Shown in pieces: positions 39,301 to 48,325 of a DNA stretch of 58,362 nt (position 1 is the first letter of the stretch; each line of letters opens with the position of its first letter). Source of the DNA: a virus (lineage: Duplodnaviria; Caudoviricetes); the IMG/VR virus record IMGVR_UViG_3300037882_000558, positions 1 through 58,362 of that record. One strand, 5' to 3'. The position numbers and the translations under genes were made by a program. The notes under the pieces were generated by a model. It was not told the DNA's origin. It made no database searches and was given only the letters and a program-made list of their open reading frames with translations.

Positions 39301-42300
39301 TTAGCTTGCTCCATTCTAGCGTCTTTAGTAATATCTAAACCGCGTAATTTTGCGGCATTAGCATTATTAGCTAGTTCTACTTGTTTAGATGCTTCTAAGT
39401 TAATTTGCTGTGATTGGCTTAAGGCTTGTGAATCAATATCCAAAGATATTTGCTTTATTTGACTAGGATCTGTAACACCTGCTGTGGCTTGTGTTTTTTG
39501 TACTTCTGTTTGAGCTTTAAGGGCGATAAGCTTAGATTCTGATTCGAATCTTATCGCTGTCAGTTTATTATTTAGTTCTAAAGAAGCGGCTTCTCTATCT
39601 AGATAACCTTGTTGTTCTACTGCTAAAGTCTCAGAAATATTACCTAACTGTTGTTTAGCAGTTAGTCTTGCTGTTTCTATAGATAATAGATTTTGTTGTT
39701 GCTCTTGACTTATTTGAGCATCTAACTTTTCATTAGAAAGTCTTTGCTGAGCAATGGCTTCTTCATTCTTAATTAGGCGTATCTTATCTTCTGCACCAAG
39801 TAAAGCATTTCTTAATCTCAATTGTTCTTGAGCTAAGACATTTTGCTTTTGTTGTACTGAAATACCTTCTTTTAACTTATTAGCAGCCTCAATTTGACCT
39901 TCGGCTATAAGTTGCGATATTCTAGTATTTTTCTGATTTAGATCGAATACTTGTTGTGAAGTTAATTTTTCTACTTCTCTAGCTCTAATAGACGCTCTTG
40001 CTTCTAATTCTCTATTTAAAAGGGACTTATCCGCTATTATAGCTCCTGCTGTAGCTAATTTTAGCCTATCTGCTTCTATTGTTTTTAATTCAATGCCAGA
40101 TTGAATTAACTTCTGAGTATTATCAAAACCTTCTTGGGCAGTACCACGAGCTGCAGTAATATCTGAAGATCTTCTATCCCCAGCTAAACCTGCTTTCTGT
40201 GCTTTAAACCCTAGAGTAGCTTCGAAAAGACCTCTTAAGATTTTTTGTGATTCAGGAGCAAGACTTAGGAAGCCTTCAGAAGTTTCTAATTTACCTGAAC
40301 GGAAGTCGTCTAAAGCTCTAGCTAAGCTAGCACTAATCTTAGGTAGACCAGCTAATTCTTTATTCTCAGCTTCGGTTCTTGAAGATCCTTTTTCTGTTAA
40401 AGTTCTTTCTCTGGACTCTATAGAACTTTGTTCAATAGCAATCGCTGCTTTTTCTTGAACTTCGATTAGTTTAAGGTTAGTATTAATTAAGCGTTCTTGA
40501 ACGTCAATCTCTTGCTTACGTAGAATATTAGTAGCTGCCGCAGTACCAGTTCCACTAGAGCCGGCTAGAACAGTCTTAGATACTTCTACACCTGCCTTGG
40601 CAATAGCGTCGTTAATACCTTGTGCCAAAAGCATTACACCCTTAGTTAAGGTTGCCTCACCCAAGCTTTGGAACTGAGATACTAGTTCTTTGGCTCTTTC
40701 TTCTAGTACACGTTTTTCTGCAGAAGCCCATTCCATAATACGCTTAGAGTCTAGACGTACTTGAGGATTGTAAGGATTTGCATTTAGTGCTTTTTCAGCT
40801 CTTTGACGTGCCTGATCAATTACACCTGTTTGTTCTTTATTCTTATTTAGTTCTGCAGTAATACTTAAAAGACGCTCAGCAGTTGCAGGATCTAATAGTT
40901 TTAGTTTATCAACTTTACCAGCTATGCTGTTTAACTGCACTAGTGCATTCTTTGTACTAGTAAAACTAGAGGTTAAGGTGTTGCCTAAACCTACTAAAGA
41001 AGAACCTAGTTTGCTTAAGGGACTATTAGGAGATAGTGAAGTAGTTAAGTCACCATACGCCTTACTTACAGCAGAGAAAGAATCTTCAACAGATTTTAAC
41101 TCTCTGGCTGCCTTTATACTACCTTCGGCTAACTGTTCCTGTGCCTTTGCAATAGCTTGAATGTTACTAATTATCTTTTCCGGATCGGCACTCTTTGTAA
41201 TAGCTTTAGCTATACCGCCCTGACTTAGGTCTAAAGTACCTAGTATACTTGTTAACTTAGTCTGGAAAGCTGTTCTGGCCTGTTCGTCATCTATTGCACG
41301 AATAGATTCTACAACGCTGGAAGCAATTTCTTTAGAAGCTACATCTGCAATACCCCTACCTACACCAGACTTAAACCCGTCAATAAAACGATCGAATCCA
41401 CTAGAGGCTGCGTCTAATTTAACAAGACTACTGACTAGGTTTTTAGTATTGCTTACTAAATCTTCCATAGCATTTGCTGAAGCAATTACTGATTCTGAAC
41501 TTAGTATTTTACCAACTTCCTTAGCTGCGATAGCATCTAATGTTCTATTAAGGGAGGCAGTACTTTCTTCTAAAGAACTTACTGCAGCAGAGAACTTTGC
41601 AGCTTCTTTAGCATTTTTGCTAAAGGCGAAACTTAGTAGTTCATAAGCAACAACTGCTAAGCCTACGTAAACTAATACATTCTGTAGGCTAGAAGCTAAA
41701 CCGATAAATCCTGTGGTTAAGATACTAGCAGTAGCACTGGCCTTTGCTAGTCCTGCTTGTAATGGTGTAAAGGTACCTGCTTGTTGGGCCTTCTTAATAG
41801 ACTCACCCATTTCAGTATACGCAACACGTAGCCCTAAAGCCTGCGTTGTTTCGATAGCCATACTCTTAATATTACGTTCAGTAGCTTCTCTTTGCGCTTT
41901 ATCACGTAGTTCAATTTGTCTACGTACTGCAGCGTTAGAGTTTAATAGTTCGTTTAGTCTTTGGGTTTCTCTTGCGGCATTATTTGCTTTTGCAGAGTCC
42001 ACTTTAGCTTGCTGTTCTTCGAAAGCCTTTTCAGCTCTTTGTGACTCAATAATAGCATTAGCAATGTTAGCATAGCCTTGAGCTACTTTAGTTTGCTTAC
42101 TACCTAGTTCTTGTAGTTTAGCTATTTGATCTTTTGTTATTTCTTGAGGTGCTACATTCTTAATCTCGTCAAGAATTTTTGCACCACCTTTACCTTTGCG
42201 ACTAGCTAGTAGAGTTTGTAGCTTACCTTCGGCTTTGTCAACTACGTCTACTCTTGCTTGTGCTTGTTCTTCTAAGGCCTTTAACTCATTTGATAGACGG

Positions 42301-43409
42301 GTTCTTATATTTGCCAACTCTATCTTAGCTAACTTCTTTGCACCTTCTTCAGCTCGGGCTACACGTACTTCGGCTACTTTACCTGCTTCTTCAGCAGCTT
42401 TAGCGGCGTTTTCTCTTATAGCGCCAATAGCCGGTAGAGCTTGCTTTAGTAGAGTTACACCAATTAGACCCACGGCTGCGCTTAGAGCAGTAGGACTTTG
42501 TGCAAGTAGTCCAACTAAGGGTCCGAATACTTTGTTAACAGCTTCTAAACCTACTTGAATTATGTCCTTTAAAGAACCAAGTAGCTTAGAGTAAGGGTTA
42601 GCATCGATCTTGATTGAACCGAACTTAGCTTCACCTTCTGAAAGAACAGCATTAGCAAATGCTTGTCTCTTTTCAAAGTCTGTTACACTTGCAGCAGTTT
42701 TACCTACTGATCTAGCATAGTTTCTAGTAGCTTCGTCAACTTTAACTAAGATACCAAGTTCGTCTAGTAATTCTGGTTCTATCTTTGTAATACCACGGGT
42801 TAGACGACTTACTGAATCAGTAAGATCTCTACCTAGTGCTAAAGATGCTTGCTTAGCTACTGTGGTTAGGCGTAAGATTTGGTCTGAAGCAATACCTGCA
42901 CTACTAGCTTGGGCTACTACTTGCATAGACTCTGCTAGTGATAGTGCGTTATCTGATAGTTGTTGGACCTGCTTTGAAAGTGAAGTTAAGTTTTTACCTG
43001 ATTGAGCACCAATTTGCTCAAGACCTTTAAGCATGTTGGTAGTATCAGAGGCTTTTGATAGCGCTGTAAATGCAGCACTTACAGCGAATACGTTAGCTGC
43101 AAATGTAGCGTATAATCTTACTAAACCGCCTAAACCTTGGGCCTGCTGCGCGAAGTCGCGAGCAGCCGCACCTGTTCCACCTGCGGAGCGTTGCTTACCG
43201 TAGTCAATGTTTTCCTGAGTTGTAGTAGCTCTAGACTTTCCTGCTGCTAAAAGTGCTTGGCCGCCCCCTTGGGCCGCCTTACCTGCACCAGTAGCTGCGA
43301 TAGCTACTCTATTTAGAGCAGCGGCTGCTTTGTCTGCATCTGTGGTAACCTGCTTTAAGGTACTGCCATCATCTACATTAACAATATGGTTCGTAATTGA
43401 ACTTGCCAT
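36342..43409 (-). CDS. Tape measure protein (2355 aa)
   Basis: Long Ala/Leu-rich helical ORF; T5 pb2-like N-terminus (GLVRLYATFAANVFA, KIEPELLDELGI); follows the tail chaperones. Confidence 0.92.
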   Translation of the reverse strand: MASSITNHIVNVDDGSTLKQVTTDADKAAAALNRVAIAATGAGKAAQGGGQALLAAGKSRATTTQENIDYGKQRSAGGTGAAARDFAQQAQGLGGLVRLYATFAANVFAVSAAFTALSKASDTTNMLKGLEQIGAQSGKNLTSLSKQVQQLSDNALSLAESMQVVAQASSAGIASDQILRLTTVAKQASLALGRDLTDSVSRLTRGITKIEPELLDELGILVKVDEATRNYARSVGKTAASVTDFEKRQAFANAVLSEGEAKFGSIKIDANPYSKLLGSLKDIIQVGLEAVNKVFGPLVGLLAQSPTALSAAVGLIGVTLLKQALPAIGAIRENAAKAAEEAGKVAEVRVARAEEGAKKLAKIELANIRTRLSNELKALEEQAQARVDVVDKAEGKLQTLLASRKGKGGAKILDEIKNVAPQEITKDQIAKLQELGSKQTKVAQGYANIANAIIESQRAEKAFEEQQAKVDSAKANNAARETQRLNELLNSNAAVRRQIELRDKAQREATERNIKSMAIETTQALGLRVAYTEMGESIKKAQQAGTFTPLQAGLAKASATASILTTGFIGLASSLQNVLVYVGLAVVAYELLSFAFSKNAKEAAKFSAAVSSLEESTASLNRTLDAIAAKEVGKILSSESVIASANAMEDLVSNTKNLVSSLVKLDAASSGFDRFIDGFKSGVGRGIADVASKEIASSVVESIRAIDDEQARTAFQTKLTSILGTLDLSQGGIAKAITKSADPEKIISNIQAIAKAQEQLAEGSIKAARELKSVEDSFSAVSKAYGDLTTSLSPNSPLSKLGSSLVGLGNTLTSSFTSTKNALVQLNSIAGKVDKLKLLDPATAERLLSITAELNKNKEQTGVIDQARQRAEKALNANPYNPQVRLDSKRIMEWASAEKRVLEERAKELVSQFQSLGEATLTKGVMLLAQGINDAIAKAGVEVSKTVLAGSSGTGTAAATNILRKQEIDVQERLINTNLKLIEVQEKAAIAIEQSSIESRERTLTEKGSSRTEAENKELAGLPKISASLARALDDFRSGKLETSEGFLSLAPESQKILRGLFEATLGFKAQKAGLAGDRRSSDITAARGTAQEGFDNTQKLIQSGIELKTIEADRLKLATAGAIIADKSLLNRELEARASIRAREVEKLTSQQVFDLNQKNTRISQLIAEGQIEAANKLKEGISVQQKQNVLAQEQLRLRNALLGAEDKIRLIKNEEAIAQQRLSNEKLDAQISQEQQQNLLSIETARLTAKQQLGNISETLAVEQQGYLDREAASLELNNKLTAIRFESESKLIALKAQTEVQKTQATAGVTDPSQIKQISLDIDSQALSQSQQINLEASKQVELANNANAAKLRGLDITKDARMEQAKYNDQMEKLVELTDTLSGVFGTVGKNFGTAMQSILKATKDNASKRAKIEEEFNKKRVDALKKGGSAADFEKEQTRLTQQENDKKLESDLDYYGSTAGAAASMFSEKTAAYKAFHAIEQALHLASLAMKVEALIADAVGTKSSVINSGIRATADGIAAVVKTIASLPFPANIAAGAAVAALVGGLISQIGGGNTKSISLAGMTSKDRQEVQGTGYSFVNGKKVENGGGVLGDASAKSASIDNSLKLIKDNIIDGLGYDKSILETLQSIDQGINKAAISLYSISGIRSGSISGLKEDFSSTKTTSGLAASINSILNPLDKFFGGLTGSLLGSIFGSKKVSTEILDSGIKLSGTFKDLMDGITNSVQAYETLKVTTTSKALFGLVKKTSEAIVTNYAGLDSKITGQITDIFANAGAAFIQIGSKIGLSVDQVLGTLSNVKVDQLASLRGLTGEDLEKEFDAIISNILDGASTALFSSLKEYQKFGEGLFETVVRVVDSNDKVKVALDSIGISLTSLSFEASESLLTLTGGLSSFTDQVKFFREEFLTEAERLAPVQKNVTDTLAALGAEFGDMSIPLIDSRDEFKAFIKGLDLTIPKQQELYASLIQLAPAFAEVYASTSKALSLEERREESLRLYIQILELEGRTVEAIALSRQIELDAMDELLRPMQKYIYALQDEADAKDKLKTAYENESAALKTTISNVGSFITSLKDFKGSLLTGATSILSPQDKYNEVKKALQETARIASSVANTDEQKAAKDKALGDLPNASSAFLEASRIIFASSDKYSADFNLVNSILDGVTGALTNDKTTAELQLAALDSSVSFLNLINTNTETTAQLLQQYLQLAAVAAGAKVGLPSDVSLPVGALAGPNVPGYVEPPRAQAAFVPDGYMGTYSSAVEGGPEITNFKDIDRAISANSSGSAFDNFTNSIVSELVNLRKEVAQLRAEQNIQTGDLIATSIENSDKMTEAVTTSSKDTTIWKERSNFKLV

Positions 43410-43476
43410 GCTTTCTCCCTACGAAAGGATTTCTTTCGTACTTAAATTCTATAGATGCACTTGCATCGACCTAGTG

Positions 43477-43505
43477 ATTATACCTTAAAGGGTAATATAT
43501 GTCAA
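43477..43505 (-). promoter_or_regulatory. Late promoter upstream of the tape measure gene
   Basis: TTGACA-N17-TATAAT perfect consensus with A-tract. Confidence 0.85.
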
Positions 43506-43535
43506 GTATATATTTTTCTGAGGAGGTGCAGACGT

Positions 43536-43562
43536 AAAAAAGCCTCCTTTAAGGAGGCTTTT
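43536..43562 (-). terminator. Terminator after the tail chaperones
   Basis: AAAAAAGCCTCCTT-T-AAGGAGGCTTTT. Confidence 0.8.
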
Positions 43563-43866
43563 ACTTATTCGGTTTAGCATTTTTTATCGCTTCTGCACGA
43601 ATCCTATCAATTTCAAGTATTGTTTGAAACATGTACTTTCTTTCGTCCGTAGCAACATCAAACATCTCAAATATATCTTTAATACCTGTAAGATTTTTTC
43701 CAATATACTTACCAGACATATAGTCCCAATTATCTTGTAGATAGCGGTATATACGTAAAGCTTCTTGAATCTCAGTAGGCAAGTCATCGAACTCTATAGG
43801 TATTTCAGAATCTATAGGTTCGCTACCCAATGCTTCACACATTTCAAAATACTGATCACGAGTCAT
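43561..43866 (-). CDS. Tail assembly chaperone, C-terminal (T-like) part
   Basis: YFEMCEALGSEP, LQDNWDYMSGKYIGK; frame is open upstream to the slippery site. Confidence 0.8.
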   Translation of the reverse strand: MTRDQYFEMCEALGSEPIDSEIPIEFDDLPTEIQEALRIYRYLQDNWDYMSGKYIGKNLTGIKDIFEMFDVATDERKYMFQTILEIDRIRAEAIKNAKPNK

Positions 43867-43907
43867 ACTAACAGTGGAATTCTGGTAGTATGACTCGAGT
43901 TGTCTAA

Positions 43908-44333
43908 TTACTTCGACTTGCTGCTGTTCGGAAAATTTGCTAGGTCGCCTGCTTGTTCAGTTACCCAAGCATCAAAATTACCGGAGGCCTTCATTAAGTA
44001 CAGAGCATTATCTTCTGTATAGTCTAGTTCGGAGTTTAGATCCGCAGCACCTAGGTCTACAGGAGCTAGTTGTTCTAGATAGGCTAGTTTTAAGCCGGAC
44101 CATCCCTTAATAGTAGCACCTACATATAGAGATAAGAATAGATCATCGTTGATTTCTTCAACTGGCTGTCTATTCTTGAAAGTCGTCTTAGTAGCTTTCT
44201 TACGAATATTTTGTAGAGTATCGCGAGCTAGGAAAGATAGTTGCACCTTAAATCCGGGGAATCCTGGGAATTCGGCTTCAACAGTCTTACTAGGTACTAG
44301 AAGTTGCTTTAGGGAAAGAGTTACTGTACTCAT
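43908..44333 (-). CDS. Tail assembly chaperone (G-like)
   Basis: Lies between the major tail protein and tape measure genes; IKGWSGL and FDAWV motifs. Confidence 0.82.
   Translation of the reverse strand: MSTVTLSLKQLLVPSKTVEAEFPGFPGFKVQLSFLARDTLQNIRKKATKTTFKNRQPVEEINDDLFLSLYVGATIKGWSGLKLAYLEQLAPVDLGAADLNSELDYTEDNALYLMKASGNFDAWVTEQAGDLANFPNSSKSK
43932..43938 (-). other. Programmed -1 frameshift slippery site A AAT TTT
   Basis: X XXY YYZ heptamer near the end of the G-like ORF; the -1 frame reads SEQQQVEVIRQLESYYQNSTVS into the next ORF without a stop. Confidence 0.85.
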
Positions 44334-44370
44334 GAAATTGGTATCCTTAATTTTTATAATTACCGTTTTT

Positions 44371-44400
44371 AAAAAGAGGATACGGGTGCTACCCGTATCC
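44371..44400 (-). terminator. Terminator after the major tail protein gene
   Basis: GGATACGGGT-agc-ACCCGTATCC followed by TCTTTTT on the minus strand. Confidence 0.8.
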
Positions 44401-44414
44401 TGTAAACTCAGCTA

Positions 44415-45860
44415 TTAAGTCGCTGAGATATTTGTAAAGTAACGAATCTGTAGATCGTTAGCCTTAGTCAAGTCGAATGATTGGCTACCCTGTGTATCAG
44501 GTGTGAAGCCTTGCGCGTTGAAGTTAATTGTGGTAGCAACAACGTCAGCGATATTAACTTGAGGAACTTGTAGGGAAGCTCCAGGCATTTCGAACTCAAC
44601 GCGTACTGCGTTTGATCCGCCACCTAATTCAAGCTGTACACGGAACTTAGGTTCAACAGAGTTAGCGTTAATAATATCTGATAGTAGTTTACCGGTATTG
44701 TTACCTTCCGAAGCGCCAGTACGTAGATAAGCAGTTACGTTACCTGAAACAGCTCTATTACCTGGGAAGTAACCAATCGCTTGATTAATAACACCTAGGT
44801 TACTAGGTACAAGGTAAGTTACGTTATTAGCGATGGTTAGGTTACCACCAGTAATAGCGATTGTGTAAGTTGTTGCAGAAGTAAAGTCTGAACCACCAAT
44901 GTTACTTTGTAGTGACATTGTTGATAGCTTATTAGTAATATAAGGTGCATTAGCAATGCTAGGAGCTGCTGTAGTAGAACTTAGTAGTGCGGTTGCAAGA
45001 GCAGGACCGTTAGTAGTTAGTTCTTTAAGCTTAGTACCCTTACCAGTCCATGCTACAGTAGCAATAGCATCTAGACCGAAGTCGATTGATGCTTGGTCTA
45101 AGAAGCAATTGTCTACTGCATAAACTACGCTGTCAACAACGAATAGTAGACCGAACTTTTGGAATGCGTTTCTGTTAGAACCCATGGTGCTAACATAGCT
45201 AAATTGTCCGCTTGCGGTTCCTACAGGACCTGGAGCCCATTGACCTGTGTAGGCCTTTGAGGTACCAACAGTAGCGGTTGTTCCAGCTGCTGCAGCTGGG
45301 GCACGTGCATATTCTACAGTATAAGTACTACCTGAAGGAATAGCTGTAATTTTAACTGCGTTGTTGAAGGTACTCTGACCTGCTGCAGTAATACCTGCAA
45401 TACTGAAAGTATCACCAACACCTAGAGTGTAAGTACCGTTAACTAGTGCACTAGGAGATACAATAGTTGCTACTGAAGTAGCTGTAGTACTACGAACGAT
45501 AGAAGTAGGTGTAACACCTGCATCAATTGCGTAAGCACCTAGTAGTGCATTGAATAGGACCTTTTCTTGCGGAGCTACTAGACTGCTTACACCGTTAGGA
45601 CGAATATAAGTAGAGAAAGTAAAGTCTACAGGATCTAGCTGTGTATTGAAAGAACGTTGACCTCGAACGGGGATGTTACCACCTTCCGAAATCGTAATTG
45701 TTTGTTGTTGAGTACCTTGACTGAATGAATATCCGTCAAGTACCGCGATTTCCCAAGTATTTGTATTTGTGAAACCTGTTAACGAATCGGAAATAGCACC
45801 AGTGCTATCAACGTTTGTGGTGAAATATACCTTAGTATTTCTACTTAGATTAATAGCCAT
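44415..45860 (-). CDS. Major tail tube protein (T5 pb6-like)
   Basis: LSRNTKVY, VLDGYSFSQ, FSTYIRP, DFGLDAIATVAW, NLTIANNVTYL and GNRAVSGNVTAYL motifs. Confidence 0.9.
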   Translation of the reverse strand: MAINLSRNTKVYFTTNVDSTGAISDSLTGFTNTNTWEIAVLDGYSFSQGTQQQTITISEGGNIPVRGQRSFNTQLDPVDFTFSTYIRPNGVSSLVAPQEKVLFNALLGAYAIDAGVTPTSIVRSTTATSVATIVSPSALVNGTYTLGVGDTFSIAGITAAGQSTFNNAVKITAIPSGSTYTVEYARAPAAAAGTTATVGTSKAYTGQWAPGPVGTASGQFSYVSTMGSNRNAFQKFGLLFVVDSVVYAVDNCFLDQASIDFGLDAIATVAWTGKGTKLKELTTNGPALATALLSSTTAAPSIANAPYITNKLSTMSLQSNIGGSDFTSATTYTIAITGGNLTIANNVTYLVPSNLGVINQAIGYFPGNRAVSGNVTAYLRTGASEGNNTGKLLSDIINANSVEPKFRVQLELGGGSNAVRVEFEMPGASLQVPQVNIADVVATTINFNAQGFTPDTQGSQSFDLTKANDLQIRYFTNISAT

Positions 45861-45927
45861 ATCTTCTCCTAAAAGAGATTTTTGGTATTATTAGGTGTTG
45901 CTAGATATTTATCTGCGTAACCATTTT

Positions 45928-46371
45928 TTACCGTTGCATAATTGGGTATCTTACTTGAAGGTTTATCTCACCTACACCGTAGGGGGCAAGTAAACCTTCG
46001 TCTGTTGTAATAGAGGTTATTAACATTTCAGTAGTTTCGTATGCTTTAGTGGCATCGTATACTAAATCTCTATTTTCATTGATTACATTCTCAACATCTT
46101 CTAGAAGACCTTCTAAGAGTTGTTGTGCATCTTCTCCTTTAACATATACCTTTACAGATACAGCTAGGAAGCCCCATGTTTGATTGGAGGGCAAATATTG
46201 TCTTGACTCACCACCTGCTACTACATATATACAAGGAAAATTATTAACTTCATCCCAAAACTTAAGAAAGGGATAAGAAGCTTCGTATAAATTGGAGTTG
46301 AAACCAGTAGAGCCGTCAATACTTTTAAACTTTTCAGCTAGTGCCTTTACTATAGAAGTACGACGACTCAT
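45928..46371 (-). CDS. Tail terminator protein
   Basis: MSRRTSIVKAL, FWDEVNNFP and SITTDEGLLAPYGVGEI, as in T5-like p142. Confidence 0.85.
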   Translation of the reverse strand: MSRRTSIVKALAEKFKSIDGSTGFNSNLYEASYPFLKFWDEVNNFPCIYVVAGGESRQYLPSNQTWGFLAVSVKVYVKGEDAQQLLEGLLEDVENVINENRDLVYDATKAYETTEMLITSITTDEGLLAPYGVGEINLQVRYPIMQR

Positions 46372-47672
46372 ATTGGAACTGCCTTTAATCTATTTTTAAC
46401 AACCTCGCCAGCTACTTCTCGTATACTTCTAGCAATTAGCAGCTTAGGGTCGCGTGATCTTGGAAACTGTTGGGCGCCGCCTCCAGAAAAGGTAGCGTAA
46501 GGGTTTTTCATATAAGTATAGAAGGCAGTAATCATACCTTCACGAGATAAAGATAGCCTTTTTACTTGAACTGACGTTGCGAAACGTCCGGTTCTGTAGT
46601 TAAGTATATCTTTTCTATTACCGTTACCCATATTAGCGGCTACCACATTAACTAAATGTGCTTGCAGTAGCGACTGTAAATTAACTAAATTATAAGTACT
46701 AGCTCTATTAACTACACTTCTGTAGAGGGGGCTGGCTTTATCAATTATTACATCCAGCTTACCTTGAATAGTATCTTTAATAGTAGGTATCTTAATAACA
46801 CCTACTGAGTTCGTTACTTTAAGATTCTTAAAAGGAGCAAGTACTTGATGAGCTATTTCCTCTTGCATACTGCGAGAGAAGTGAATATCTGCCAGTATGC
46901 CTGTTAAATCTTTGGATATCTTTTCAGCTGCTGTTTTAGTCCAGGCAGCATTTTCGCCACCTTCCTGAATAATTACTATGTTAGCACCAACGCTTACCAA
47001 ACCCTTTTTAAAGGAAGCAGTAAGTTGCCCGCCTATTTGAGTACTGTATTCAGTATTTACAGTAAAGTCTTCGTAACTGCTTACAGCATCTTGAACTTCT
47101 TGTAGAACTTTAATTTGCTCTAGTGTTAGATTGCTTTGTGCTGAATTTAAATAAGCACCGACTGTTTTGGCACTTTGTTCAATCTGTATTGAAGTAGGGC
47201 TAGTACCTATTGATTTATTATTGAAATCAATATCTGTGTAGCCTAGGTCAAATCCAGAGGTAGAATCTTTTAAGTAACTAGCTATCTGAATATTTAAAAA
47301 ATCCTTGAATAGGTAATTACGAATACTTTGGTAACTATTAGCACTTGAGGCTAGAACACCTATTAGTTTATTTCTTGAATATACTAATGCAGGAACATAT
47401 TGATATAAATTACTAGTATCTAGTTTAATAGCTCCATAATAGAGCTTACCATAACGAGAATCTATTCTTCGTTTGGTTTTACTGACTGCGTATTTTTCTA
47501 TATCCTGAGCAACCCGTTCAACTGAGATACCTGGTTTCAGTTTACCTTTAAGACTAACACTAAGCGCATCTACATTAAGAGGTAAAAAGAAAGCTTTACT
47601 ATTTAAGTTAGTAATAGCTCTATTAACAGTATTTTTTCTCAATAAGTTTTGAACAGTGCTTAATTCACTCAT
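46368..47672 (-). CDS. Tail completion / neck protein (T5 p143-like C-terminus)
   Basis: LNYRTGRFATSV, YTYMKNPYATF and RDPKLLIARSIRE motifs. Confidence 0.75.
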   Translation of the reverse strand: MSELSTVQNLLRKNTVNRAITNLNSKAFFLPLNVDALSVSLKGKLKPGISVERVAQDIEKYAVSKTKRRIDSRYGKLYYGAIKLDTSNLYQYVPALVYSRNKLIGVLASSANSYQSIRNYLFKDFLNIQIASYLKDSTSGFDLGYTDIDFNNKSIGTSPTSIQIEQSAKTVGAYLNSAQSNLTLEQIKVLQEVQDAVSSYEDFTVNTEYSTQIGGQLTASFKKGLVSVGANIVIIQEGGENAAWTKTAAEKISKDLTGILADIHFSRSMQEEIAHQVLAPFKNLKVTNSVGVIKIPTIKDTIQGKLDVIIDKASPLYRSVVNRASTYNLVNLQSLLQAHLVNVVAANMGNGNRKDILNYRTGRFATSVQVKRLSLSREGMITAFYTYMKNPYATFSGGGAQQFPRSRDPKLLIARSIREVAGEVVKNRLKAVPI

Positions 47673-47673
47673 G

Positions 47674-48249
47674 TTATAACCAATGTGCTGTATACGCGTT
47701 CAAGGTACGCTGAATAGCTGAAGGTAGTTTTGAACTTGTTACGAATTCGACTTTACTTCCGTTAGTACCGGGAGACTTATCAGAATGTACTGCACTATCA
47801 TTCTTTAGGTAGAATGAAATAGTATCAAAAACAGCTAGCTTTAGATCAGCAGGTAATTCCGTATAACCAGCGTTATAAGTTACTCTATAACCATTAGGCA
47901 TTCTAGTGAATGAAGGGTATGTTTCTAGAGAAATAGGCTTAACAGACTGCGATTCGATATCAAATACGTAATCAGTATATTCTACTAATTCAGTATAAGT
48001 ATTACCATAATCTGCTGATTTTTCTACCGAGAGTACAGCAATAACTGGTGCTTCTAATAAGATTAGCTCTGCTCCGCCACTATATATCTGAGTGTAGGGA
48101 TCATCTACATAATCAATTAGTCTACTCTTACATACTGTCTTTATTACTTCGCTAACCTTAGGGATTAATGACTTTAATATAGTATCCTGAGCAGGACTTA
48201 GTATACCAGCATATGCTTTATACTCTGTAAGAGTTACAAGATCTGCCAT
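47674..48249 (-). CDS. Head completion / head-tail connector
   Basis: LVTLTEYKAY, VTYNAGY..LPADLKLA; directly after the capsid gene. Confidence 0.82.
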   Translation of the reverse strand: MADLVTLTEYKAYAGILSPAQDTILKSLIPKVSEVIKTVCKSRLIDYVDDPYTQIYSGGAELILLEAPVIAVLSVEKSADYGNTYTELVEYTDYVFDIESQSVKPISLETYPSFTRMPNGYRVTYNAGYTELPADLKLAVFDTISFYLKNDSAVHSDKSPGTNGSKVEFVTSSKLPSAIQRTLNAYTAHWL

Positions 48250-48292
48250 TATTTATCCTTATCTTTTAGAAACCCACACAAAATGGGTTTGT

Positions 48293-48316
48293 AAAAGATG
48301 GGGCCGAAGCCCCATC
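48293..48316 (-). terminator. Terminator after the capsid gene
   Basis: GATGGGGC-TTCG-GCCCCATC-TTTT (UUCG loop). Confidence 0.85.
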
Positions 48317-48325
48317 AGTGTTAGA

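Noticed and set aside
36418-42558. Several plus-strand ORFs within the tape measure gene
   Set aside because: Antisense shadows caused by codon bias; no SD or motifs. The same applies to shadow ORFs inside pol, nadV, nrdJ, capsid and terL
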